This document shows positions 13,101 through 26,900 of a DNA stretch of 64,000 bases, one piece after another (the stretch's first letter is position 1; the number at the start of each line of letters is the position of its first letter). The stretch lies in NCBI RefSeq assembly GCF_009914755.1, contig NC_060933.1; one strand, 5' to 3'. The position numbers and the translations under genes are program-made. This DNA is from the human T2T-CHM13v2.0 reference genome, Homo sapiens. The notes under the pieces are model-generated. The model was not told where the DNA came from. It was given only the letters and a program-made list of their open reading frames with translations, and ran no database searches.

Positions 13101-16100
13101 GAATGGAATGGAATGGAATGGAATGGAACGGAATGGAATGGAATGGAATGGAATGGAATGGAATGGTATGGAATGGAATGGAATGGTACGGAATAGAATG
13201 GAATGCAACGAATTGTAATGGAATGGAATTGAATGGAATGGAATGGAATGGAATGGAATCAACGCGAGTGCAAGGGAATGTAATGGAACGGAATGCAATG
13301 GAATGGAATCATCCGGAATGGAATGGAATGGAATGGAATGGAATCAACCCGAGTGCAATGGAATGGAGTGGAATGGAATGGAATGGAATGGAACAACCCG
13401 AATGGAATGGAATGTAATGGAGAGTAAGGGAGTTGAATAGAATCAATCCGAATGTAATGGAACGGAATGCAACGGAATGGAATGGAATGGAATGGAATGG
13501 AATGGAATGGAATGGAATGCAATGGAATGGAATCAACCCGAGTTGAATGGAATGGAATGGAATGGAATGGAATGGAATTGAATGGAGTGGAATTGAATGG
13601 AATGGAATGCTTTCAAACCGAATGGAATGGAAAGGAATGGAATCAACACGAGTGGAATGGAATGGAATGGAAAGGAATGGAATGGAATGGAATGGTACGG
13701 AATAGAATGGAATGGAACGAAATGGAATGGAATGGAATGGAATGGAATGGAATGGAATAGAATCGTTCCGAGTGGAATAGGAGGGAATGTATTCGAGTGG
13801 AATGGAAAGGAATGGAATCAACCAGAGTGGAATGGAAGGGAATGGAATGGAATGGAAACTAATAGAATGGAATCAACCCGAGTGGAATGGAATGGAAAGG
13901 ACTGGAATGGAATGGAATGGAATGGAATGGAATGGAATCAACTCGATTGTAATGGATTGGAATGGAATGGAATGGAATGGAATGGAATGGAATGGAATGG
14001 AATTAACCCGAATACAACGGAATGGAATGGAATGGAAGGGAATGGAGTGGAATGGAATGGAATCAACCCGAGTGCAGGGGAATGGAATGGAATGGAATGC
14101 AATGGAATGGAATCATCCGTAATGGAATGGAAAGGAATGGAATGGAATGGAATGGAATGGAATGGAATGGAATGGAATGGAATCTACTCGATTGCAATGG
14201 AATGGAATGGAATGGAATTAACCCGAATAGAATGGAATGGAATGGAATGGAACGGAACGGAATGGAATGGAACGGAATGGAATGGAACGGAACGGAACGG
14301 AACGGAATGGAATGGAATGGAATGGAATGGAATGGAATCAACGCGAGTGCAGGGGAATGGAATGGAATGGAATGCAATGGAATGGAATCTTCCGGAATGC
14401 AATGGAATGGAATGGAAGGGAATGGAATGGAATGGAATGGAATCAACTCGATTGCAATCGAATGGAATGGAATGGAATTAACCCGAATAGAATGGAATGG
14501 AATGGAATGGAACGGAACGGAACGGAACGGAATGGAATGGAATGGAATGGAACGGAAAGGAAAGGAATGGAACGGAATGGAATGGAATGGAATGGAATGG
14601 AATGGAATGGAATGGAATCAACGCGAGTGCAGGGGAATGGAATGTAATGGAATGCAATGGAATGGAATCTTCCGGAATGGAATGGAATGGAATGGAATGG
14701 AATCAACCCGAGTGCAATGGAATGGAGTGGAATGGAATGGAATGGAATGGAACAACCCGAATGGAATGGAATGTAATGGAGAGTAAGGGAGTTGAATAGA
14801 ATCATTCCGAATGTAATGGAACGGAATGGAACGGAATGGAATTGAATGGAATGGAATGGAATGCAATGGAATGGAATCAACCCGAGTGCAATGGAATGGA
14901 GAGGAATGGAATGGAATCGAATGGAAACTACCCGAATGGAATGGAATGTAATGGAGTGTAAGGGAATTGAATAGAATCAATCCGAATGTAATGGAATGGA
15001 ATGGAACGGAATGGAATGGAATGGAATGGAATGGAATGGAATGGAATGGAATCAACCCGAGTGCAATCGAATGGAATCGAATGGAATGCAATGCAATGGA
15101 ATGGATTCAACTTGAATGGAATGGAAAGAATGGAATCAACACGAGTGGAAGGGCATGGATTGGAATGCAATGGAATGGAATCAACCCGAGTACAGGGGAA
15201 TGCAATGGAATGGAATGCAATGGAATGGAATCATCCGTAATGGAATGGAAAGGAATGGAATGGAATGGAATGGAATGGAATGGAATGGAATCAACTCGAT
15301 TGCAATCGAATGGAATGGAATGGAATTAACCCAAATAGAATGGAATGGAATGGAATAGAACGGAACGGAATGGAATGGAATGGAATGGAATGGAATGGAA
15401 CGGAACGGAACGGAACGGAACGGAATGGAATGGAATGGAATGGAATCAACGTGAGTGCAGGGGAATGGAATGGAACGGAATGCAATGGAATGGAATCATC
15501 CGGAATGGAATGGTATGGAATGGAATGGAATCAACTCGATTGCAATCGAATGGAATGGAATGGAATTAACCCGAATAGAATGGAATGGAATGGAATGGAA
15601 TGGAATGGAATGGAATGGAATGGAATGGAATGGTATGGAATGGAATGGAATGGTACGGAATAGAATGGAATGGAACGAATTGTAATGGAATGGAATTGAA
15701 TGGAATGGAATGGAATGGAATGGAATGGAATCAACGTGAGTGCAGGGGAATGTAATGGAACGGAATGCAATGGAATGGAATGATCCGGAATGGAATGGTA
15801 TGGAATGGAATGGAATGGAATGGAATGGAATCAACCCGAGTGCAATGGAATGGAGTGGAATGGAATGGAATGGAATGGAACAACCCGAATGGAATGGAAT
15901 GTAATGGAGAGTAAGGGAGTTGAATAGAATCAATCCGAATGTAATGGAATGGAATGGAACGGAATGGAATGGAATGGAATGGAATGCAATGGAATGCAAT
16001 CAACCCGAGTACAATGGAATGGAATGGAATGGAATGGAATGGAATGGAATGGAATGGAATGGAATTGAATGGAATGGAATGGAATGATACGGAATAGAAT

Positions 16101-19100
16101 GGAATGGAAAGAAATGGAATGGAATGGAATGGAATGGAATGGAATGGAATGGAATGGAATCGTTCCGAGTGGAATAGGAGGGAATGTATTCGAGTGGAAT
16201 GGAAAGGAATGGAATCAACAAGAGTGGAATGGAAGGGAATGGAATGGAATGGAAACTAATAGAATGGAATCAACCCGAGTGGAATGGAATGGAAAGGACT
16301 GCAATGGAATGGAATGGAATGGAATCAACTCGATTGTAATGGAATGGAATGGAATGGAAAGGAATGGAATGGAATGGAATTAACCCGAATACAATGGAAG
16401 GGAATGGAATGGAATGGAAACTAATAGAATGGAATCAACCCGAGTGGAATGGAATGGAAAGGACTGGAATGGAATGGAATGGAATGGAATCAACTCGATT
16501 GTAATGGAATGGAATGGAATGGAATGGAATGGAATGGAATGGAATTAACCCGAATACAATGGAATGGAATGGAAAGGAATGGAATGGAGGGGAATGGAAT
16601 GGAATCAACCTGAGTGCAGGGGAATGGAATGGAATGGAATGCAATGGAATGGAATCATCCGGAATGGAATGGAATGGAATGGAATGCAAAGCAATGGAAT
16701 CAACTCGATTGCAGTGGAATGGAATGGAATGGAAAGGAATACATTGGAATCAACCCGAGTGGAATGGAATGGAAAGGACTGGAATGGAGTGGAATGGAAT
16801 GGAATGCAATGGAATGGAATGGAATGGAATCAACTTGATTGGAATGGAATGGAATGGAATGGAATGGAATGGAATCAACCCGAGTACAGGGGAATGGAAT
16901 GGAGTGGAATGCAATGGAATGGAATCATCCGTAATGGAATGGAATGGAATGGAATGGAATGGAATGGAATGGAATGGAATGGAATCAACTCGATTGCAAT
17001 AGAATGGAATGGAATGGAATTTACCCAAATAGAATGGAAAGGAATGGAATGGAACGGAACGGAATGGAATGGAATGGAATGGAATGGAGTGGACCGGAAC
17101 GGAATGGAACGGAATGGAATGGAATGGAATCAACTCGATTGCAATCGAATGGAATGGAATGGAATTAACCCGAATAGAATGGAATGGAATGGAATGGAAC
17201 GGAACGGAATGGAATGGAATGGAATGGAACGGAACGGAATGGAATGGAATGGAATGGAATGGAATCAACGCGAGTGCAGGGGAATGGAATGGAATGGAAT
17301 GCAATGGAATGGAAACTTCCGGAATGGAATGGAATGGAATGGAATGGAATGAAATGCAATGGATTCAACTCGATTGCAATGGAATGGAATAGAATGGAAT
17401 GAAATGGAATGCAAAGCAATTAATACGAATAGAATGGAATGGAATGGAATGGAACGGAATGGAACGGAATGGAATGGAATGGAATGGAATGGAATGGTAC
17501 GGAATAGAATGGAATGGAACGAATTGTAATGGAATGGAATTGAATGGAATGGAATGGAATGGAATCAACGCGAGTGCAGGGGAATGTAATGGAACGGAAT
17601 GCAATGGAATGGAATCATCCGGAATGGAATGGAATGGAATGGAATGGAATGGAATCAACCCGAGTGCAATGGAATGGAGTGGAATGGAATGGAATGGAAT
17701 GGAACAACCCGAATGGAATGGAATGTAATGGAGAGTAAGGGAGTTGAAAAGAATCAATCCGAATGTAATGGAATGGAATGCAACGGAATGGAATGGAATG
17801 GAATGGAATGGAATGGAATGGAATGGAATTAACCCGAATAGAATGGAATGGAATGGAATGGAACGGAATGGAACGGAATGGAACGGAATGGAATGGAATG
17901 GAATGGAATCAACGCGAGTGCAGGGGAATGGAATGGAATGGAATACAATGGAATGGAATCTTCCGGAATGGAAAGGAATGGAATGGAATGGAATCAACCC
18001 GAGTGCAATGGAATGGATTGGAATGGAATGGAATGGAATGGAACAACCCGAATGGAATGGAATGTAATGGAGAGTAAGGGAGTTGAATAGAATCAATCCG
18101 AATGTAATGGAATGGAATGGAACGGAATGGAATAGAATGGAATGGAATGGAATGCAATGGAATGGAATCAACCCGAGTTCAATGAAATGGAGAGGAATGG
18201 AATGGAATGGAATGGAAACTACCTGAATGGAATGGAATGTAATGGAGTGTAAGGGAATTGAAAAGAATCAATCCGAAAGTAATGGAATGGAATGGAATGG
18301 AATGGAATGGAATGGAATGGAATGGAATGCAATGGAATGGAATCAACCCTAGTGCAATCGAATGGAATCGAATGGAATGGAATGCAATGGAATGGATTCA
18401 ACTTGAATGGAATGGAAAGAATGGAATCAACACGAGTGGAATGACATGGATTGGAATGGATTGGAATGGAATCAACCCGAGTACAGGGGAATGGAATGGA
18501 ATGGAATCAACTCGATTGCAATCGAATGGAATGGAATGGAATTAACCCGAATAGAATGGAATGGAATGGAATGGAACGGAACGGAATGGAATGGAATGGA
18601 ATGGAATGGAACGGAAAGGAAGGGAATGGAATGGAATAGAATGGAATGGAATGGAATCAACGCGAGTGCAGGGGAATGGAATGGAATGGAATGCAATGGA
18701 ATGGAATCTTCCGGAATGGAATGGAATGGAATGGAATGGAATGGAATCAACCCGAGTGCAATGGAATGGAGTGGAATGGAATGGAATGGAATGGAACAAC
18801 CCGAATGGAATGGAATGTAATGGAGAGTAAGGGAGTTGAATAGAATCAATCCGAATGTAATGGAATGGAATGGAACGGAATGGAATTGAATGGAATGGAA
18901 TGGAATGCAATGGAATGGAATCAACCCGAGTGCAATGGAATGGAGAGGAATGGAATGGAATGGAATGGAAACTACCCGAATGGAATGGAATGTAATGGAG
19001 TGTAAGGGAATTGAATAGAATCAATCCGAATGTAATGGAATGGAATGGAACGGAATGGAATGGAATGGAATCAACTGGATTGGAATGGAATGGAATGGAA

Positions 19101-22100
19101 TGGAATGGAATGGAATGCAATGGAATTAACCCGAATAGAATGGAATGGAATGGAATGGAACGGTACGGAACGGAATGTAATGGAATGGAATGGAATGGAA
19201 TGGAATGGAATCAACCCGACTGCAGGGGAATGGAATGGAATGGAATGCAATGGAATGGATTCAACTTGAATGGAATGGAAAGAATGGAATCAACAAGAGT
19301 GGAATGGCATGGATTGGAATGGAATGGAATGGAATCAACCCGAGTACAGGGGAATGGAATGGAATGGAATGCAATGGAATGGAATCATCCGTAATGGAAT
19401 GGAAAGGAATGGAATGGAATGGAATGGAATGGAATGGAATGGAATGGAATCAACTCGATTGCAATCGAATGGAATGGAATCGAATTAACCCGAATAGAAT
19501 GGAATGGAATGGAATGGAATGGAACGGAACGGAATGGAATGGAATGGAATGGAATGGAATCGAATGGAATGGAACGGAAAGGAATGGAATGGAATGGAAT
19601 GGAATGGAATGGAATGGAATCAACGCGAGTGCAGGGGAATGGAATGGAATGGAATGCAATGGAATGGAATCTTCCGGAATGGAATGGAATGGAATGGAAT
19701 GGAATGGAATCAACCCGAGTGCAATGGAATGGAGTGGAATGGAATGGAATGGAATGGAACAACCCGAATGGAATGGAAAGTAATGGAGAGTAAAGGAGTT
19801 GAATAGAGTCAATCCGAATGTAATGGAATGGAATGGAACGGAATGGAATGGAATGGAATGGAATGGAATGGAATGGAATGCAATGGAATGGAATCAACCC
19901 GAGTGCAATGGAATGGAGAGGAATGGAATGGAATGGAATGGAAACTACCCGAATGGAATGGAATGTAATGGAGTGTAAGGGAATTGAATAGAATCAATCC
20001 GAATGCAATGTAATGGAATGGAACGGAATGGAATGGAATGGAATGGAATGGAATGGAATGCAATGGAATGGAATCAACCCGAGTGCAATCGAATGGAATC
20101 GAATGGAATGGAATGCAATGGAATGGATTCAACTTGAATGGAATGGAAAGAATGGAATCAACACGAGTGGAAGGGCATGGATTGGAATGGAATGGAATGG
20201 AATCAACCCGAGTACAGGGGAATGGAATGGAATGGAATGCAATGGAATGGAATCATCCGTAATGGAATGGAAAGGAATGGAATGGAATGGAATGGAATGG
20301 AATGGAATGGAATCAACTCGATTGCAATCGAATGGAATGGAATGGAATTAACCCGAATAGAATGGAATGGAATGGAATGAAACGGAATGGAATGGAATGG
20401 AATGGAATGGAATGGAATGGAATGGAATGGAATGGAACGGAACAGAAAGGAATGGAATGGAATGGAATGGAATGGAATGGAATGGAATGGAATGGAATCA
20501 ACGCGAGTGCAGGGGAATGGCATGGATTGGAATGCAATGGAATGGAATCTTCCGGAATGGAATGGAATGGAATGGAATGAAATGCAATGGATTCAACTCG
20601 ATTGCAATGGAATGGAATAGAATGGAAAGAAATGGAATGGAATGGGATTAACCCGAATAGAATGGAATGGAATGGAATGGAATGGAATGGAACGGAATGG
20701 AATGGAATGCAATGGAATGGAATGAAATGGAATGGTATGGAATAGAATGGTACGGAATAGAATGGAATGGAACGAATTGTAATGGAATGGAATTGAATGG
20801 AATGGAATGGAATGGAATCAACGCGAGTGCAGGGGAATGTAATGGAACGGAATGCAATGGAATGGAATCATCCGGAATGGAATGGAATAGAATGTAATGG
20901 AATGGAATGCAACAACCCGAATGGAATGGAATGTAATGGAGAGTAAGGGAGTTGAATAGAATCAATTCGAATGTAATGGAATGGAATGCAACGCAATGGA
21001 ATGGAATGGAATGGAATGGAATGGAATGGAATGGAATGCAAAGGAATGGAATCAACCCGAGTGGAATGGCATGGAATGGAATGCAATGGATTGGAATGGA
21101 ATGGAATCAACTCGAGTGGAAAGGAATGGAATGGAATGGAAAGGAATGGAATGAAGTCAACTCGAGTGGAATGGAATGGAATGGAATGGATTGGAATGGA
21201 TTTCAATGGAATGAAATGGAATGGAATGGAATGGAATCAATCATGGAAGGGAATGTAATGGAGTGGAAAGAAGGGAATGGAATCAACCCGAGTGGAATGC
21301 AAGGCAATGGAATGGAATGGAAAGGAATGGAATGGAATCAACTCGATTGCAATGGAATGGAATGGAATGGAATGGAATGGAATGGAATGGAATGGAATGG
21401 AATGGAATTAACCGGAATAGAATGGAATGGAATGGAATGGAAAGGAATGGAATGGAATGGAAGGGAATGGAATCAACACGAGTGCAGGGGAATGGAATGG
21501 AATGGAATGCAATGGAATGGAATCATCCGGAATGGAATGGAATGGAATGGAATCAACTCCATTGCAATGGAATGGAATGGAATGGAATGGAATAGAATTT
21601 AATGGAATTAACCCGAATAGAATGGAATGCAATAGAATGGAATGCAACGGAACCGAATGGAGTGGAATGGAATGGAATGGAATCTACCCGAGTACAGGGG
21701 AATGGAATGGAATGGAATGCAATGCAATGGAGTCATCCGTAATGGAATGGAAAGGAATGGAATGGAATGGAATGGAATGGAATGGAATGGAATCCACTCG
21801 ATGGCAATCGAATGGAATGGAATGGAATTAACCCAAATAGAATGGAATGGAATGGAATGGAACGGAACGGAATGGAATGGAATGTAATGGAATGGAATGA
21901 ATGGAATGGAATGGAATCAACGCGAGTGCAGGGGAATGGAATGGAATGGAATGCAATGGAATGGAATCTTCCGGAATGGAATGGAATGGAATGCAATGGA
22001 ATGAAAGACAATGGATTCAACTCGATTGCAAAGGAATGGAATAGAATGGAATGGAATGGAATGGAATGGAACGGAATGGAATTGAATGGAATGGAATGCC

Positions 22101-23935
22101 TTCAAACCGAATGGAATGGAAAGAAATGGAATCAACACGAGAGGAAAGGAATGGAATGGAAAGGAATGCAATGGAATGGAATGGTACGGAATAGAACGGA
22201 ATGGAACGAACTGGAATGGAATGGAATGGAATGGACTGGAATGGAATGGAATGGAATCATTCCGAGTGGAATAGGAGGGAATCTATTCGAGTGGAATGGA
22301 AAGGAATGGAATCAACCAGAGTGGCATGGAAGGGAATGGAATGGAATGGAAACTAATAGAATGGAATCAACCCGAGTGGAATGGAATGGAAAGGACTGGA
22401 ATGGAATGGAATGGAATGGAATGGAATCAACTCGATTGTAATGGAATGGAATGGAATGGAATGGAATGGAATGGAATGGAATGGAATGGAATGGAATTAA
22501 CCCGAATACAATGGAATGGAATGGAATGGAACAGAATGGAGTGGAATGGAATGGAATCAACCCGAGTGCAGGGGAATGGAATGGAATGGAATGCAATGGA
22601 ATGGAATCTTCCGGAATGGAATGCAATTGAATGGAATCAACCCGAGTGCAATGGAATGGAGTGGAATGGAATGGAATGGAATGGAACAAACCGAATGGAA
22701 TGGAATGTAATGGAGAGTAAGGGAGTTGAATAGAAACAATCTGAATGTAATGGAATGGAACGGAATGGAATGGAATGGAATGGAATGGAATGGAATGGAA
22801 TGGAATGGAATGCAATGGAATGGAATCAACCCGGGTGCAATCGAATGGAATCGAATGGAATGGAATGCAATGGAATGGATTCAACTTGAATGGAATGGAA
22901 AGAATGGAATCAACACGAGTGCAATGGCATGGATTGGAATGGAATGGAATGGAATCAACCCGAGTACAGGGGAATGGAATGGAATGGAATGCAATGGAAT
23001 GGAATAATCCGTAATGGAATGGATAGGAATGGAATGGAATGGAATGGAATGGAATGGAATGGAATCAACTCGATTGCAATCGAACGGAATGGAATGGAAT
23101 TAACCCGAATAGAATGGAATGGAATGGAATGGAACGGAACGGAACGGAATGGAATGGAATGGAATGGAATGGAACGGAAAGGATTGGAATGGAATGGAAT
23201 GGAATGGAATGGAACGGAATGGAATCAACGCGCGGGCAGGGGAATGGAATGGAATCGAATGCAATGGAATGGAATGGAATGGATTGGAATCAACCCGAGT
23301 GCAGGGGAATGTAATGGAACGGAATGCAAGGGAATGGAATCATCCGGAATGGAATGGAATGGAATGGAATGGAATCAACCCGAGTGCAATGGAATGGAGT
23401 GGAATGGAATGGAATGGAATGGAATGGAATGGAATGAACCCGAATACAATGGAATGGAATGGAATGGAACGGAATGGAGTGGAATGGAATGGAATCAACC
23501 CGAGTGCAGGGGAATGGAATGGAATGGAATGCAATGGAATGGAATCTTCCGGAATGGAATGCAATTGAATGGAATCAACCCGAGTGCAATGGAATGGAGT
23601 GGAATGGAATGGAATGGAATCGAACAAACCGAATGGAATGGAATGTAATGGAGAGTAAGGGAGTTGAATAGAAACAATCTGAATGTAATGGAATGGAACG
23701 GAATGGAATGGAATGGAATGGAATGGAATGGAATGGAATGGAATGCAATGGAATGGAATCAACCCGAGTGCAATCGAATGGAATCGAATGGAATGGAATG
23801 CAATGGAATGGATTCAACTTGAATGGAATGGAAAGAATGGAATCAACACGAGTGCAATGGCATGGATTGGAATGGAATGGAATGGAATCAACCCGAGTAC
23901 AGGGGAATGGAATGGAATGGAATGCAATGGAATGG
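7200..23935 (+). repeat. Large direct duplication, copy 1 (~16.7 kb; partner ~46675-63480)
   Basis: Rare variants recur collinearly: GCCTTCAAACCGAATGGAGTGG 7209/46684, CAAGTCGATT ~8183/47658, GGAATTCAAAGG 9251/48731, CAACGCGTGTGC ~12935/52500, CAACGCGCGGGC 23226/62771. ORF pairs 7337/46812, 11626/51076, 19011/58561 and 20952/60502 give offsets of 39450-39570. Confidence 0.93.
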
Positions 23936-23939
23936 AATC

Positions 23940-26900
23940 ATCGGGAATGGAATCGAATGGAATGGAATGCAAAGCAATGGAATCAACTCGATTGCAATGG
24001 AATGGAATGGAATGGAAAGGAATACATTGGAATCAAACCGAGTGGAATGGAATGGAAAGGACTGGAATGGAGTGGAATGGAATGGAATGCAATGGAATGG
24101 AATGGAATGGAATCAACTTGATTGGAATGGAATGGAATGGAATGGAATGGAATGGAATGGAATGGAATCAACCCGACTGCAAGGGAATGGAATGGAATGG
24201 AATGCAATGGAATGGATTCAACTTGAATGGAATGGAAAGAATGGAATCAACACGAGTGGAATGGCATGGATTGGAATGGAATGGAATGGAATTAACCCGA
24301 ATAGAATGGAATGGAATGGAATGGAACGGAACGGAACGGAATGGAATGGAATGGAATGGAATGGAATGGAATGGAATGGTTTGGAAAGGAATGGATTGGT
24401 ACGGAATAGAATGGAATGGAACGAATTGTAATGGAATGGAATTGAATGGAATGGAATGGAATGGAATCAACGTGAGTGCAGGGGAATGTAATGGAACGGA
24501 ATGCAATGGAATGGAATCATCCGGAATGGAATGGAATGGAATGGAATGGAATGGAATGGAATCAACCCGAGTGCAATGGAATGGAGTGGAATGGAATGGA
24601 ATGGAATGGAACAACCCGAATGGAATGGAATGTAATGGAGAGTAAGGGAGTAAAATAGAATCAATTCGAATGTAATGGAATGGAATGCAACGGAATGGAA
24701 TGGAATGGAATGGAATGGAATGCAATGGAATGGAATCAACCCGAGTACAATGGAATGGAATGGAATGGAATGGAATGGAATGGAATGGAATGATACGGAA
24801 TAGAATGGAATGGAACGAAATGGAACGGAATGGAATGGAATGGAATGGAATGGAATGGAATGGAATGGAATGGAATCGTTCAGAGTGGAATAGGAGGGAA
24901 TGTATTCGAGTGGAATGGAAAGGAATGGAATCAACAAGAGTGGAATGGAAGGGAATGGAATGGAATGGAAACTAATAGAATGGAATCAACCCGAGTGGAA
25001 TGGAATGGAAAGGACTGGAATGGAATGGAGTGGAATGGAATCAACTCGATTGTAATGGAATGGAATGGAATGGAATGGAATGGAATGGAATGGAATGGAA
25101 TTAACCCGAATACAATGGAAGGGAATGGAATGGAATGGAAACTAATAGAATGGAATCAACCCGAGTGGAATGGAATGGAAAGGACTGGAATGGAATGGAA
25201 TGGAATGGAATCAACTCGATTGTAATGGAATGGAATGGAATGGAATGGAATGGAATGGAATGGAATGGAATGGAATTAACCCGAATACAATGGAATGGAA
25301 TGGAATGGAATGGAATGGAGGGGAATGGAATGGAATCAACCCGAGTGCAGGGGAATGGAATGGAATGGAATGCAATGGAATGGAATCATCCGGAATGGAA
25401 TGGAATGGAATGGAATGCAAAGCAATGGAATCAACTCGATTGCAGTGGAATGGAATGGAATGGAAAGGAATACATTGGAATCAACCCGAGTGGAATGGAA
25501 TGGAAAGGACTGGAATGGAGTGCAATGTAATGGAATGCAATGGAATGGAATGGAATGGAATCAACTTGATTGGAATGGAATGGAATGGAATGGAATCAAC
25601 CCGACTGCAGGGGAATGGAATGGAATGGAATGCAATGGAATGGATTCAACTTGAATGGAATGGAAAGAATGGAATCAACACGAGTGGAATGGCATGGATT
25701 GGAATGGAATGGAATGGAATCAACCCGAGTACAGGGGAATGGAATGGAATGGAATGCAATGGAATGGAATCATCCGTAATGGAATGGAAAGGAATGGAAT
25801 GGAATGGAATGGAATGGAATGGAATGGAATGGAATGGAATCAACTCGATTGCAATCGAATGGAATGGAATGGAATTAACCCAAATAGAATGGAATGGAAT
25901 GGAATGGAACGGAACGGAATGGAATGGAATGGAATGGAATGGAATGGAATGGAACGGAACGGAACGGAATGGAATGGAATGGAATGGAATGGAATGGAAT
26001 CAACGCGAGTGCAGGGGAATGGAATGGAATGGAATGCAATGGAATGGAATCTTCCGGAATGGAATGGAATGGAATGGAATCAACCCAAGTGCAATGGAAT
26101 GGAGTGGAATGGAATGGAATGGAATGGAACAACCCGAATGGAATGGAATGTAATGGAGAGTAAGGGAGTTGAATAGAATCAATCCGAATGTAATGGAATG
26201 GAATGGAACGGAATGGAATTGAATGGAATGGAATGGAATGCAATGGAATGGAATCAACCCGAGTTCAATGAAATGGAGAGGAATGGAATGGAATGGAATG
26301 GAAACTACCCGAATGGAATGGAATGGAATGGAGTGTAAGGGAATTGAATAGAATCCATCCGAATGGAATGGAATGGAATGGAACGGAATGGAATGGAATG
26401 GAATGGAATGGAATGCAATGGAATGGAATCAACCCGAGTGCAATCGAATGGAATCCAATGGAATGGAATGCAATGGAATGGATTCAACTTGAATGGAATG
26501 GAAAGAATGGAATCAACACGAGTGGAATGACATGGATTGGAATGGAATGGAATGGAATCAACCCGAGTACAGGGGAATGGAATGGAATGGAATGCAATGG
26601 AATGGAATCATCCGTAATGCAATGGAAAGGAATGGAATGGAATGGAATGGAATCAACTCGATTGCAATCGAATGGAAAGGAATGGAATTAACCCGAATAG
26701 AATGGAATGGAATGGAATGGAACGGAACGGAATGGAATGGAATGGAATGGAATGGAACGGAAAGGAAGGGAATGGAATGGAATAGAATGGAATGGAATGG
26801 AATCAACGCGAGTGCAGGGGAATGGAATGGAATGGAATGCAATGGAATGGAATCTTCCAGAATGGAATGGAATGGAATGGAATGGAATGGAATGGAATGG

